A stretch of DNA of 63,906 bases, the filler included, from a bacterium (GTDB taxonomy: Bacteria > JADJOY01): the NCBI GenBank assembly GCA_046331705.1. It is 4 parts of 4 records of this genome, joined end to end, with 100 filler letters (N's around TTAATTAATTAA, not from the genome) between each part and the next. Parts side by side here need not be neighbours in the genome. Positions count along the whole stretch, not along the records: positions 33,831 to 48,845 come from JAXLQJ010000098.1; positions 48,946 to 63,906 come from JAXLQJ010000099.1; 2 more parts are not named here. One strand, given 5' to 3'. The stretch's first letter is position 1, and the number at the start of each line of letters is the position of its first letter. The translations under genes were made by a program, and so were the position numbers. Below the pieces are notes generated by a model that made no database searches, was not told the origin of the DNA, and was given only the letters and a program-made list of their open reading frames with translations. Shown here piece after piece: positions 40,919-50,670 of the stretch.

Positions 40919-41500
40919 ATGGCGCGGCACAACGTCGTTTCGATCCGAGATGCACGCAGGGCACGCAGTCGCGCCGCGAGCTCCGCCGCGGGCGCGCTCA
41001 CCGCGGCCGAGCTCAAGGCGATGGCGCTCGGCGACGTGCTGGCGGTGTTCCGTGAGCTCGAGGCGCCAAGCCTCGCCGAGATGGACGGCGAGTTCGTGGC
41101 GACCTTGCTCGACCAAGGCGGGACCGCGATCAACGTCGTCTCGTTGCTCGCCACGAACGTGCCACGCCGCTGGCTCGGCAAGGCGTTCCAACCCGTGGAG
41201 GGGGCGGAGCACGGCCACGGATACAACTGGTTCCAGGGGAAGATCCGCACCGTGCGGCGCTATCGGATGAAGACCTACGTCGCGCGCTCGGCGATCGACG
41301 ATGGCACCTCGTACATCCTCGAGTACCGGCCCTTCAACGGCGGGCTGATGCGCTCGATGATCGACGAGGTCCGGCGCGTGGCGCCGGGGCTCTACCTCGG
41401 CGTGGGACGCGTCGGGGTCGGGCGCTGGATGCGGACGCGCTCGTACCCGTTCCTGCTCGAAGGGCCGGTCGGCCCCTTCTCCGATCCGCACGCGCCGTGA
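40919..41500 (+). CDS. Hypothetical protein (WxGK...GYN beta-rich domain)
   Basis: Strong AAGGAGGT Shine-Dalgarno before ATG 40919. Motifs WLGKAF, GYN and DEVRRVAPGLYLG are present. Confidence 0.75.
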   Translation: MARHNVVSIRDARRARSRAASSAAGALTAAELKAMALGDVLAVFRELEAPSLAEMDGEFVATLLDQGGTAINVVSLLATNVPRRWLGKAFQPVEGAEHGHGYNWFQGKIRTVRRYRMKTYVARSAIDDGTSYILEYRPFNGGLMRSMIDEVRRVAPGLYLGVGRVGVGRWMRTRSYPFLLEGPVGPFSDPHAP

Positions 41501-41709
41501 CGCGCGGCGCTGGCGTGGGCCCGACTCGAGCGGGTCGAGGTCGCGCGCCGCGCACGAGGTGAGCGCGCTCGCCGCCACTTGACCGGGGACCAGGGGACTC
41601 TCGTAAACTCGCGCCCCCTCCCATCGTCGATCCTGGAACTTCCGCGAGCGTGTCCGTTCGGATCCCACGTTCCAGGCCAGAAGCTCGCGGCCGGTCGGAG
41701 CACCGTGCC

Positions 41710-42954
41710 ATGAGCCGCAGCACGCGGGACCCGCTCGAGAAGGTCTATCCGCTCGCGGCCGAAACCTTCGGCGCCGAGGAGCTCGACGCCGTGCGCGCGG
41801 TGCTGGACACCGGACGCCTGACCATGGGCGAGCAGGTCGCGGCGTTCGAGCGCGCGTTCGCCGAGTGGGTCGGGGTCGAGCACGCGGTGATGGTCAACTC
41901 CGGCTCGTCGGCCAACCTGGTGATGGTCGACGCGATGCTGCGCCGCTCGGACCGCGAGGGACCGTGGCACCCCGGTGACGAGGTGCTGGTGCCCGCGCTG
42001 TGCTGGCCCACGACCGCGTGGGCGGTGATTCAGCTCGGTCTGGTGCCGGTCTTCGTGGACGTCGATCGGCAGACGCTCGCCATCGACCTGGAGAGCGCCG
42101 CGGCGGCGATCGGTCCGCGCACCCGAGGCCTCTACCTGGTGCACGTGGTCGGGCAGATCCCGCACATGGATCGCTACACGAGCTTCTGCGAACGCCACGG
42201 CTTGGTGCTCCTCGAGGACGCGTGCGAGGGGCTCGGTGCTCATTTCGCCGGCCGCCATGCGGGCACCTTCGGCGCCGCCGGCTCGTTCAGCTGCTACTTC
42301 TCGCACCATCTGTCGACGATCGAGGGCGGCGTGATGGTGACCGGCGACGCCGCGCTGGCCGAGGACCTGCGCAGCGCGCGTGCGTACGGTTGGCTGCGCC
42401 AGCGCGGCGATGCCGATCGCTGGCTCGCGGCTCATCCGGATCTCGACGGGCGATTCTTCTTCGTCACCTCTGGCTTCAACGTGCGACCCACGGAGATCCA
42501 GGGCGCCATCGGCAGGGTGCAGCTCGCCCGGCTCGATCGCATGATGGCGGATCGCGAGCGCCTCGCGGCGCTGGTGCAGGGTTGGGTGGCGCGGGACGCG
42601 CCGTGGCTGCGGCTGGTGGGCGCCGATCACGTCGACGGGCGCGGGCCGGATCGGCCGCGGCGCGAGCGCGCGCATTCCTGGATGACGCTGGCGTTTCACG
42701 TCGCTCCCGACGCGCCGCTCGACCGGGCCGCGGTGACCGCCCGCCTCGAGTCGTTCGGCGTGGAGACGCGTCCGATCCTGGCCGGCAATCTGTTGCGCCA
42801 TCCGGCGATGGCGCGAGTGGCGTCGCGCTCGGTGGAGCTGCCGGTGTGCGACGAGATGCTCGCGCGCGGCTTCATGATCGGCTGCCATCCGGTGCGCACC
42901 GCGCGGGCGCTCGACTCGCTCGCCCAAGCCTTCCACTCGCTCGCCGGCGCGTGA
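41710..42954 (+). CDS. DegT/DnrJ-family PLP enzyme, ColD-like (GDP-4-keto-6-deoxymannose 3-dehydratase)
   Basis: NSGSSANL, EDACE, YFSHHLSTIEGG (His at the Schiff-base Lys position), GFNVRPTE and ETRPILAGN. Confidence 0.85.
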   Translation: MSRSTRDPLEKVYPLAAETFGAEELDAVRAVLDTGRLTMGEQVAAFERAFAEWVGVEHAVMVNSGSSANLVMVDAMLRRSDREGPWHPGDEVLVPALCWPTTAWAVIQLGLVPVFVDVDRQTLAIDLESAAAAIGPRTRGLYLVHVVGQIPHMDRYTSFCERHGLVLLEDACEGLGAHFAGRHAGTFGAAGSFSCYFSHHLSTIEGGVMVTGDAALAEDLRSARAYGWLRQRGDADRWLAAHPDLDGRFFFVTSGFNVRPTEIQGAIGRVQLARLDRMMADRERLAALVQGWVARDAPWLRLVGADHVDGRGPDRPRRERAHSWMTLAFHVAPDAPLDRAAVTARLESFGVETRPILAGNLLRHPAMARVASRSVELPVCDEMLARGFMIGCHPVRTARALDSLAQAFHSLAGA

Positions 42955-42972
42955 GCCGGTCCGGACAGACGG

Positions 42973-43713
42973 ATGCGCGCACTGGTCGTCCTGCCTTCCT
43001 ACAACGAGCGCGCCAACATCGTCGCGTTGATCGACGCCGTGCTCGCCGTGGGGCCCGAGGTGTCGGTGATGCTGGTCGACGATTCGAGCCCCGACGGCAC
43101 GGCGGACGTCGTGCGCGACGCCATCGCGGAGCGGCCGTCCTTTCGCGACCGCGTCGAGCTGGTGGTGCGTCCCGGCAAGGGAGGGCGCGGTGGCGCGGTG
43201 CGCGAGGGCTTCGCGCGCGGCATCGCGAGGACACCGGCCTACCAGGCGTTCGTGGAGATGGACTGCGATTTCTCGCACCAGCCGCAGGCGATCCCGGAAG
43301 GGCTCGCGCGGCTGCAACGCGGGTTCGACGTGGTGATCGGCGCTCGCTACCCGGACGGGACGATCGCGGGATGGCCGCTGCGGCGGCGGGTGTTCAGCTT
43401 CTTCGCCAATTCCCTCGCGCGGCTGCTCATCGAGCCGTCGATCGCCGACTACACGAACGGCTTTCGGTTCTACTCGCCACGCGCCATCGAGGTGCTCGTG
43501 GCCCATCGGCAACAGCACACCGGCTACATCTACCTGAGCGAGTCGCTCGCGCACTTGCTGCGCGCGGGGATGCGCGTGGATTCGTTCCCGATCCATTTCG
43601 AGAATCGTCAGCGCGGCGTGAGCAACACCACCGCCGCCGAGATCCTGTCCTCGCTACGGGGCGTGCTCGCCATCGCGCGGGACCACCGCCGCGCCAGGCA
43701 CGCGGGCGGATGA
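42973..43713 (+). CDS. GT2 polyprenol monophosphosugar synthase (Ppm1/DPM1-like)
   Basis: PSYNERANI, VDDSSPDGT, MDCDFSH, DYTNGFR and FENRQRGVS. Confidence 0.92.
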   Translation: MRALVVLPSYNERANIVALIDAVLAVGPEVSVMLVDDSSPDGTADVVRDAIAERPSFRDRVELVVRPGKGGRGGAVREGFARGIARTPAYQAFVEMDCDFSHQPQAIPEGLARLQRGFDVVIGARYPDGTIAGWPLRRRVFSFFANSLARLLIEPSIADYTNGFRFYSPRAIEVLVAHRQQHTGYIYLSESLAHLLRAGMRVDSFPIHFENRQRGVSNTTAAEILSSLRGVLAIARDHRRARHAGG

Positions 43714-43795
43714 CGAACGCCGCGCGGGCGCGCGTCGGCGGCCGCGCGACGGTCCCTCGCGAGCGTGCCTCCGACGTCGTCCCCGGACGCGCGCC

Positions 43796-45865
43796 GTGAC
43801 CGAGACGGGGCCAGCGACGGCGCTGCCCGAGCGCGAGACCGGCGCGCGGCGCGCCGCCTGGCTCGCATGCCTCCCGTGGCTCGCCGTGCTCGGCACGTAT
43901 GGCGTCTGTCTCGCGCTCTACGCCGCCGGCAAATCGCACCATTTCTTCTATTTCGACGAGTGGATCTACGTCGAGAACGCCGACCGGGATCGTCTCGAGC
44001 ACTTGTTTCGGCCGTATTTCTGGTACTTCCATCCGATCTCGTGGCGCCTCTACTTCGTGGCGCTGTTTCGTCGCTTCGGGCCGGATCCCGCGGTGTTCCT
44101 GACGGCGCAGGTGGCGTTGATCTGGATCGCCGCCACGCTCGTGCACGTCGTCGTGCATCGGGTGAGCGGTCGGCACGCTCTCGGCTTCCTCGCCAACCTG
44201 CTCTACGTCGGCGCTTCGGCGACCGCCACCGACGCCTATTGGAAGTCGTGCATCGCGTATCCGGTGGCGGCCTGCTTCGAGGTCGCGTTCCTTGCGTGCG
44301 TTCTCGAGCTGATGCTGGTCCGCGCGCGCGCCGGCGCAGTGGTGCTGGCGACGGCAGCCGCGATCGCCGCGTACGCGTGCGCCTGGATGTCGCGCAACAA
44401 CGCGATCGTGCTGCCGTTCGCGCTCGTCGTGCTGTGGGGCGCCGGACGCCACCGGTGGGCGAACGGGGCGCTGCTGGTGACGATCGCTGCCGCGATCGCC
44501 TCGCTGCTCTGGTACCGCTTCGACCTCTCGCCCGGGGCGGCAGGCTCGGTGGAGGTGGCGCGCACCTACCGACCGGCGAACGTCGTCGCGAGCTGGTGGG
44601 CGATCTTCTTCGGCCCGCCGTGGCGAGTGGACTCCGAGCTCTTGAGCTTCATCCCGGGCATGCGGTGGGGCTACGCGCCGCTGATCCCGTCGCGGGTGAT
44701 CCTGGGCCGCCTCCTGGTGCTGGGGGCGGTGCTCGCGAGCCTGCCGGCTCTCTTCCGTCGCGCGGCGCCGCGCCCACGATTTCTCACGTTTCTGTTCGCG
44801 GTCACGGCGATCCAGCTCACCACCGCCGCGCCGTTCGTGCGCGACACGCCGTCGGTGGATCGGGTGCTCTACGAGCCCGCGATCACGCTCTCGACGGCGC
44901 TCGCGCTGTCCGTGGGACGGCTGCTTCGCGCCGTCGGGTCGTGGCTGCCCTCCCGCCGGGCGGTCGGCTCCCGCCGCCCACTCGCATGGGGCGTGGCGGC
45001 CTGCGCGGCGGGAGGCGGGATGATCGCGCTCGCGACGCGCATGAGCGGGTTCGGCGGCGCGGGAGAGCCCGATACCCGGCGCTGGGAATGCCTCTGGCGC
45101 CAGCTGCAGAACGTCGAGCACCAGGCGGGCTTCCGGCCGGTGGTGATCGACCGCAGCGCGACCGGGACGGTGGGCGACGACCTGATCCAGTTCCTGGCCA
45201 TGGCCCGGCTGGGCTGGGCGCCCATCGGAGTGGGCGGAGCCCGCTTCGAGGACGCGGTGCCCGCGCGGCCGGATACGCTGCGGATCTTTGCGGATCAGCG
45301 CGTCTACTTCGTCGACATGAGCCAGCCGCGGCACGATCTGCCGTGGGCGGGCCCCGCGGCGTGTCCGTTGCCGGTTCCCTCGATCGCCGTCGATGTCGTG
45401 TTCGAGCGCGACCGCGATCACGACGACGACGCGCTCGCGCTGCCCGATCCGCAGCTGCTCGCGCGCTTCGCGACGGCATCGCTCGAGGAGCTGCGACGCG
45501 GGATGCACGGCGCAGCGTGGCGCGACCGCCTGCTCAGCACGTCGTTCCTCGGCCTGCGGGGCCCCGAGCAGGTTCCGGCGCTCGCCGCGGCGCTCGCTTC
45601 CGAGCATTGGTACGTGCGAGAGGCGGCGGCGCAAGCCATCGCGGCGATGGGCGACGCGGCGCTGCCGGTGGTGCGTGCGCAACTCGACACCGCCGCGCGA
45701 CCGCTCGCGCGCGAGCTCGCGGTGCGCATCCTGAGCGAGCTCGCGGTGCAGTCGCCCGCGGCGCGTGACCAGATCGCGCGCTGGTTCGGACACGCCGATC
45801 CCTGGGTGCGCGCGGCCGCCGAGCGCTGCTGGGATCGTTCGCGGCCGCCGCGAGGATCGTCATGA
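43796..45865 (+). CDS. GT-C-like membrane protein with C-terminal HEAT-like repeats
   Basis: TM1 followed by FYFDEW, about 11 TMs, and C-terminal repeats WYVREAAAQAIAAMG and PWVRAAA. Confidence 0.65.
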   Translation: MTETGPATALPERETGARRAAWLACLPWLAVLGTYGVCLALYAAGKSHHFFYFDEWIYVENADRDRLEHLFRPYFWYFHPISWRLYFVALFRRFGPDPAVFLTAQVALIWIAATLVHVVVHRVSGRHALGFLANLLYVGASATATDAYWKSCIAYPVAACFEVAFLACVLELMLVRARAGAVVLATAAAIAAYACAWMSRNNAIVLPFALVVLWGAGRHRWANGALLVTIAAAIASLLWYRFDLSPGAAGSVEVARTYRPANVVASWWAIFFGPPWRVDSELLSFIPGMRWGYAPLIPSRVILGRLLVLGAVLASLPALFRRAAPRPRFLTFLFAVTAIQLTTAAPFVRDTPSVDRVLYEPAITLSTALALSVGRLLRAVGSWLPSRRAVGSRRPLAWGVAACAAGGGMIALATRMSGFGGAGEPDTRRWECLWRQLQNVEHQAGFRPVVIDRSATGTVGDDLIQFLAMARLGWAPIGVGGARFEDAVPARPDTLRIFADQRVYFVDMSQPRHDLPWAGPAACPLPVPSIAVDVVFERDRDHDDDALALPDPQLLARFATASLEELRRGMHGAAWRDRLLSTSFLGLRGPEQVPALAAALASEHWYVREAAAQAIAAMGDAALPVVRAQLDTAARPLARELAVRILSELAVQSPAARDQIARWFGHADPWVRAAAERCWDRSRPPRGSS

Positions 45866-47154
45866 CCCGTCGCCGCAAGGTGCTGTTCGCCGTCGCCCTG
45901 ACGTTCGCGCTGGTGCTGGGGTTGCTGCTCGTGGGCGAGCTCGTGTTTCGCGGGCTCGCGGCCTACGAACGGCCGTGGCGGATCGCGTGGTTCCAGCGGC
46001 GGCCCACCATCCTGCCGTACTGCGACCCGGCGCGCAGCTTCTGGCCGGGTCTGAGCTGGGTGCGTACCGGCGAGAGCCCGTACGTGCGTCAGCACCGCAT
46101 GAACTCGTGGGGATATCCCGACACCGAGTTCGGCCCCAAGAACGGCCGGTACCGCATCGCGATCGTGGGCGACAGCGTGACGTTCGGCGCGGGAGTCCCG
46201 GACCGGTCGCGGATCTTCGGCTCGCGGGTCGAGGAGATGCTCGCCGAGGCCGCGCGCGATCCCGCGGCATTCGACGTCGTCAACCTGGGCACCGAGGGCT
46301 ACTCGCTCGTGCAGGTGTACGCGACCGTGCGCCACGTGGTGCTGCCCCGGCTCGATCCCGATCTGATCGTGTACGTGTTCAGCCCGAACGACTTCGTCGA
46401 CATGGGGATCGAGGCGTACGAGACCGGCGGTCGCTACCCGGGTGCGTGCTTCGAGGACGAGCAGCTCGATCCAACCCCGTCGCGCGCGCGGGTCCTCGCG
46501 GATCGGCTCCAGTTCTGGATGCAGAGCGAATCCTCGCTCTACGAGGAGCTGCGCTATCGCGTGGCGCTCCTGCGCTATCGCGTGGTGCTCCCCTTCGTCA
46601 CCGAGCTGGCCGCGCCGCAGGCCCCGGCGTGGGCGCGCCACGCGAGCGCGGCCTTGAGCGACCGCTTTCCGTGGGTTCGTCCCTACACGCCCGCGTGCTC
46701 CGACCCCAACCACGGTGCCGTGGCGTTCGAGCACTTGATCGAGCTGTGCAAGAGCGCGGGAGTGCCGCTGGTCGTGTTCTCGACGCCGACCTTCGAGTTC
46801 CTGGACAAGGTGGACGACGCCACGTTCGCGGCCTTCTTCGACTGGTTCTTCCAATCCCACCCGGCGATTCCCGTGTGGGACCCCGTCGCGGACATGAAGG
46901 CCGGGCTCGGCGAGCGCGGCCTTCCGGCCAGCGCGATCTGCGTCAGCGAGAACGACTGTCACCCGAACGACCTGGGACACCGCTTGCTCGCGGAGTCGCT
47001 GTTTCGCTTCCTGGCCGAGCAGCCGTCGGTCCGCGAGCGCCTGCGCGAGCCGGTGCCGGATCCCCGCTCACTCGTCGTCGCGCCCGAGTCGCTCGCGGTC
47101 GCAGGCGACTCGGGGACTTCGTCGTTGCAGGCTCAGCCGGACTCGGGCGGCTGA
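45862..47154 (+). CDS. SGNH/GDSL hydrolase-family protein, membrane-anchored
   Basis: N-terminal TM, GDSVTFG, NLGTEGY, PND and DCHPN (D-x-H). Confidence 0.88.
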   Translation: MTRRRKVLFAVALTFALVLGLLLVGELVFRGLAAYERPWRIAWFQRRPTILPYCDPARSFWPGLSWVRTGESPYVRQHRMNSWGYPDTEFGPKNGRYRIAIVGDSVTFGAGVPDRSRIFGSRVEEMLAEAARDPAAFDVVNLGTEGYSLVQVYATVRHVVLPRLDPDLIVYVFSPNDFVDMGIEAYETGGRYPGACFEDEQLDPTPSRARVLADRLQFWMQSESSLYEELRYRVALLRYRVVLPFVTELAAPQAPAWARHASAALSDRFPWVRPYTPACSDPNHGAVAFEHLIELCKSAGVPLVVFSTPTFEFLDKVDDATFAAFFDWFFQSHPAIPVWDPVADMKAGLGERGLPASAICVSENDCHPNDLGHRLLAESLFRFLAEQPSVRERLREPVPDPRSLVVAPESLAVAGDSGTSSLQAQPDSGG

Positions 47155-47170
47155 CGACGCGCGTCGCTGC

Positions 47171-48175
47171 TCACGACCGCGACGACGGGACCAGATTGCG
47201 CCCGCGCCACTCGGGCGCCGGCGCGACCCCCAGCAGGCCGGCGATCGTGGGGGCGATGTCGAGGGTCGAGACCTCGTCGGCGATGAGCTGGTGCGCGATG
47301 CCGTCGCCCCACAGGATCAGCGGCACCTGGCGCACTTCCGGGCGCATCTCGCGGTGCGCCGTGCCGTATCCCCCGTGGTCCGCGCTGAGCAGGATGACGA
47401 GGTGCCGCGGCGTCGCCATGGAGGCCTCGACCAGGAACTCGCCCAGCGCGCGATCGAGCTGCGAGAGCGCGTCGAGCTGCCGCTGGCTGCCCCAGCCGTA
47501 GCGGTGGCCCTGCACGTCGACGTCGGGCAGGTGGAGCATCACGAAGTCGGGATCGCGCTCGCGGATGTACGTGAGGGCCGCGCGCAGGACCTCGCCTCCA
47601 CCGCCGCGGCCCTCGCCGGGCTCGCGGTGATACTCGAACCGTTCGCAGCCAGGCTCGCGCGCGACCAGGGCCGCGAGCTTCGCCTTGCCGGTGAAGAGCG
47701 CGCAGCGCAGCCCGCTGTGCGCGCACATCGTGAAGAGCGTCGGTCCCCGGAAACGGCTCCACGGACGGTAGGTGTGCGTGTTGAAGCCGCTCTCCCCGGG
47801 CGATTGGCTCGAGATCATCACGCCGTGCGATTCGAGCGTCGAGTCGGCGTTGGTGTTCGCGAACGCGGCGACGCTGCCGTCGCGTGCCAGGTCGGCGATG
47901 GTGCTCGGCGTACGGAGCTCGAGAACCGTGCGCGCCAGGCCGTCGAACGAGACCAGCAGCACCAGCCGATTCGAGGCGCGCGCGGGCGCCGCGCCATCCG
48001 CGATGCGATCGATGCGCGAGGGCGCGAAGAATCCCCAGAAGAGCTCCTCGACGGGGCTCGGGAACTCGACGGCGGCGACGAACACGAGTGCGCCGAGGAG
48101 CCACCGCCACACCCGGCGCCGGCGCCGGGGGCGCGGCTTCGCTCCGGTGGTGGACGCGTCCTCGTGGCCCGTCAT
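47171..48175 (-). CDS. Alkaline phosphatase superfamily (NPP-like) protein
   Basis: SFDGL, STLESH (Thr nucleophile), DVQGH, SADHGG, DIAPT and an N-terminal TM. Confidence 0.85.
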   Translation of the reverse strand: MTGHEDASTTGAKPRPRRRRRVWRWLLGALVFVAAVEFPSPVEELFWGFFAPSRIDRIADGAAPARASNRLVLLVSFDGLARTVLELRTPSTIADLARDGSVAAFANTNADSTLESHGVMISSQSPGESGFNTHTYRPWSRFRGPTLFTMCAHSGLRCALFTGKAKLAALVAREPGCERFEYHREPGEGRGGGGEVLRAALTYIRERDPDFVMLHLPDVDVQGHRYGWGSQRQLDALSQLDRALGEFLVEASMATPRHLVILLSADHGGYGTAHREMRPEVRQVPLILWGDGIAHQLIADEVSTLDIAPTIAGLLGVAPAPEWRGRNLVPSSRS

Positions 48176-48287
48176 CGTTGCTCACGCGGCTGCGCGCGGT
48201 GGCTCGCTGCACACGCGCTTCGCGCCGGCGCCGAGGTCGTCGGCTGGTCCGTCCCCATCCGGATGACGCGACCGCGAGTCCATCGGC

Positions 48288-48845
48288 TCAACGGCAGCAC
48301 CGAAATCCCACCTCGTCCACGTCCACGATCGGCACCTGCAGCTCGTGAACCACGACGGCGAAGGGACACGAGATCGTGAGATCGTCATCATACTCGTAGG
48401 ACCCACCCGCCAATCCATAGACCTGGGGACGGGCGGGCATCGCGACCCACTCGAACGCGTTGCCCGCCAGATCGTAGACGCCGGCCTCGTTGCGGCAGTC
48501 GGTGTGCTCGCCCGATGGCGCCAAGTCGAATCCTGCGCCGGTCTTGCAGTCGCGCACCACGCGCGCGATCGACTCGTCCTCGGTGGGCTCGGCGTGGATG
48601 TATCGGTTTCGCCCGCACGCGGAGCACGCCCAGGCCCATTCGTCGCGGGTGCACAGGTGCTTGCCGCGCCCGACGCACGCGGCCTCGGCCTGGCGCGGCG
48701 TGATTCCGGTCGTGGGCAGCTCGCCCAACCGATTCGGGAACTCGTAGCGGTCGATGTCGAAGGAAGTCCCCTCGCAGTCGATCCTCACCATGTCGGCGGG
48801 TGGCGCGCTGGCGGCGGCGGGGCTCGGCGCCGGTCGCTTCAAGCG
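48288..48845 (-). CDS. FGE/SUMF1-domain protein, C-terminal fragment
   Basis: IDRYE, LCTRDEW, GVYDLAGNAFEW, GGSY and GFRCC. Truncated by the gap. Confidence 0.82.
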   Translation of the reverse strand, partial: RLKRPAPSPAAASAPPADMVRIDCEGTSFDIDRYEFPNRLGELPTTGITPRQAEAACVGRGKHLCTRDEWAWACSACGRNRYIHAEPTEDESIARVVRDCKTGAGFDLAPSGEHTDCRNEAGVYDLAGNAFEWVAMPARPQVYGLAGGSYEYDDDLTISCPFAVVVHELQVPIVDVDEVGFRCCR

Positions 48846-48945
48846 NNNNNNNNNNNNNNNNNNNNNNNNNNNNNNNNNNNNNNNNNNNNTTAATTAATTA
48901 ANNNNNNNNNNNNNNNNNNNNNNNNNNNNNNNNNNNNNNNNNNNN
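48846..48945. other. Artificial contig-join linker
   Basis: 44 N + TTAATTAATTAA + 44 N. Confidence 0.98.
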
Positions 48946-49187
48946 CGATAGCGCTGGCTCACGACCACGATCTCGCCCTCGCGGCTCAGCCGGTTCGCCG
49001 CCAGCGTGCGCAGCCGCGCCTTCGCGTACGGCGAAAGCGCCTCGCTCTGCTCGAACGCGAATCGCAGCTCGACACGCGTTTCCACCTTGTTGACGTTCTG
49101 CCCGCCCGGTCCGCCAGCGCGCGAGAAGCTCACGCTCAGCTCCGACTCGGGAATCACCAACCCCGCGCGCACCACCAGCGAATCCAT
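48946..49187 (-). CDS. arfB: Alternative ribosome rescue peptidyl-tRNA hydrolase ArfB (3' truncated)
   Basis: IPESEL...FSRAGGPGGQNVNKVETRVELRF with the GGQ motif at the N-terminus of a short protein. Confidence 0.93.
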
Positions 49188-49293
49188 GATTCGCCAAGAA
49201 TCCCCGATTCGCGGTCCCCCGCCAATCCACGAGCCGAGCGGTGGTGAGGGGCGGGAGCCGGCGACGGGCGCCTCGAACCGCCCGAACGCGAGA

Positions 49294-50613
49294 TCAGCTC
49301 AGCAGGAACTCGGGCGAGGAGAAGGCGAGCTGCATGAGGCCGCAGGCGCGCCAGTGCTCCCAGCGCCCGGCGGCGGCGTAGTCGCGCATCGCCTCGCGCG
49401 TCTCGGCGGAGACGTCGTAGAGGCCGGCCATCTGGAGCGCGAGGTCTCCGCCGGTCTGGTTGTTGCCCTGCTGGCGCAGTGTGCGGATCGTGGGGCTCCG
49501 GTCCTGGCTGGCGGTGGCGGCGGTGCCGTCGTCCTCGAAGCACATCCACGAGAGCAGGCTGGACCAGCTCACGAGCTGTCCGGCGTGCAGCCAGGCGCTG
49601 CCGGAGGGCCAGCCGCTCACGTTGGGTGCCTGGAACGGATACTGGCGCATGTCGTAGAGCACCCATTGCAGGTAGAAGCGCGAGAGGTGCTTGAGGCCGA
49701 GCACGCGAATGCTGCCGATGACGAGCTCGAGCGGGCTCTTCACCCGGCAGCGCACGGCGGCGTCGGAGAGGAACTCGGGCCGTGTGGCGATGTGATGGAC
49801 GAGAGCCTTCAGGTCGCCTTCGCTGCCCCACGCGCCGCGCATGGCTTCCAGGGCCTGGGTCGAAGGGTCGAACCCCACCAGCTCGCGATAGATCCGCCGC
49901 GGCACGAAGTAGCCGAACGAAGGGTGCGCCTTCACGGCGGCGAGGACTTCCGGGAACTTCGCGGCGCCACGGTTCACGCCGAAGATCGTCTTGGTGCCCG
50001 AATCCCAGTTGAAGGGGTTGAAGAACTGCAGGTCGCGGTCCCAGTCGTAGTCGTAGCCGGTCAGCGCGCGCGCGATCTCCTTCACGTCGTCTTCGCTGTA
50101 GTTGGGCTGGCCGGTCACCGGGTGCTTGGTGCCGAGGGCGAAGAGCTCGCAGAGCTCACGGGCGAGGTTCTCGTTGGCGTGACCCTTCTCCGAGAACACG
50201 TTGCTCAAGTACCACTGCATCGACCAGCCGCTCGCCACGGTGGTGAGCAGCTGGAAGTAGTTGCCGAGGCAGCCGGAGCGGCAGGCGCGCACCCACGCGT
50301 CGAGCTCTTCGTTCTCGGTGTTGTCGGCGTAGGCCACCACCAAGAGGCCCATCATCATCCACGCCATTCGCTCCTGCAGCGGATTGGTGCTGGTCTGCAT
50401 GAGCTCGAAGAGCCGGTCCATGTAGGCCGCCGGATCGTCCCAGCCGGAGATCGTGGGCAGCGCCCAGTACGCGGAGCCGGTGGTCGCGCGCCCCACGAGG
50501 TCCTCGATCAGGGCCTGCGGCCCGATCGAGAGCCCGTACGCCATGTCCGATGGGCTCGGGCCGAAGCCGAGCCGGCGCCACACGTGAGCGACTTGTTCTT
50601 CGGTGGATGCCAT
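49294..50613 (-). CDS. DUF1800 family protein (copy 2)
   Basis: HVWRRLGFG, NENLARELCELFALG, YSEDDVKEIARALTG, VKSPLE, PNVSGW and SPEF. Confidence 0.9.
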   Translation of the reverse strand: MASTEEQVAHVWRRLGFGPSPSDMAYGLSIGPQALIEDLVGRATTGSAYWALPTISGWDDPAAYMDRLFELMQTSTNPLQERMAWMMMGLLVVAYADNTENEELDAWVRACRSGCLGNYFQLLTTVASGWSMQWYLSNVFSEKGHANENLARELCELFALGTKHPVTGQPNYSEDDVKEIARALTGYDYDWDRDLQFFNPFNWDSGTKTIFGVNRGAAKFPEVLAAVKAHPSFGYFVPRRIYRELVGFDPSTQALEAMRGAWGSEGDLKALVHHIATRPEFLSDAAVRCRVKSPLELVIGSIRVLGLKHLSRFYLQWVLYDMRQYPFQAPNVSGWPSGSAWLHAGQLVSWSSLLSWMCFEDDGTAATASQDRSPTIRTLRQQGNNQTGGDLALQMAGLYDVSAETREAMRDYAAAGRWEHWRACGLMQLAFSSPEFLLS

Positions 50614-50670
50614 GGATCACCTCGCGCTGCGATCGCGTCCGCTCGTGAGCGGAAGACGGAGCCCCTGCTG

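Noticed and set aside
48288-48845. FGE-domain protein as maturase for the sulfatases, or linked to the ASST/DUF1501 block
   Set aside because: It is on a different contig, so adjacency is artificial. The complete sulfatase-like protein has Thr, not Cys or Ser, at the modifiable position.
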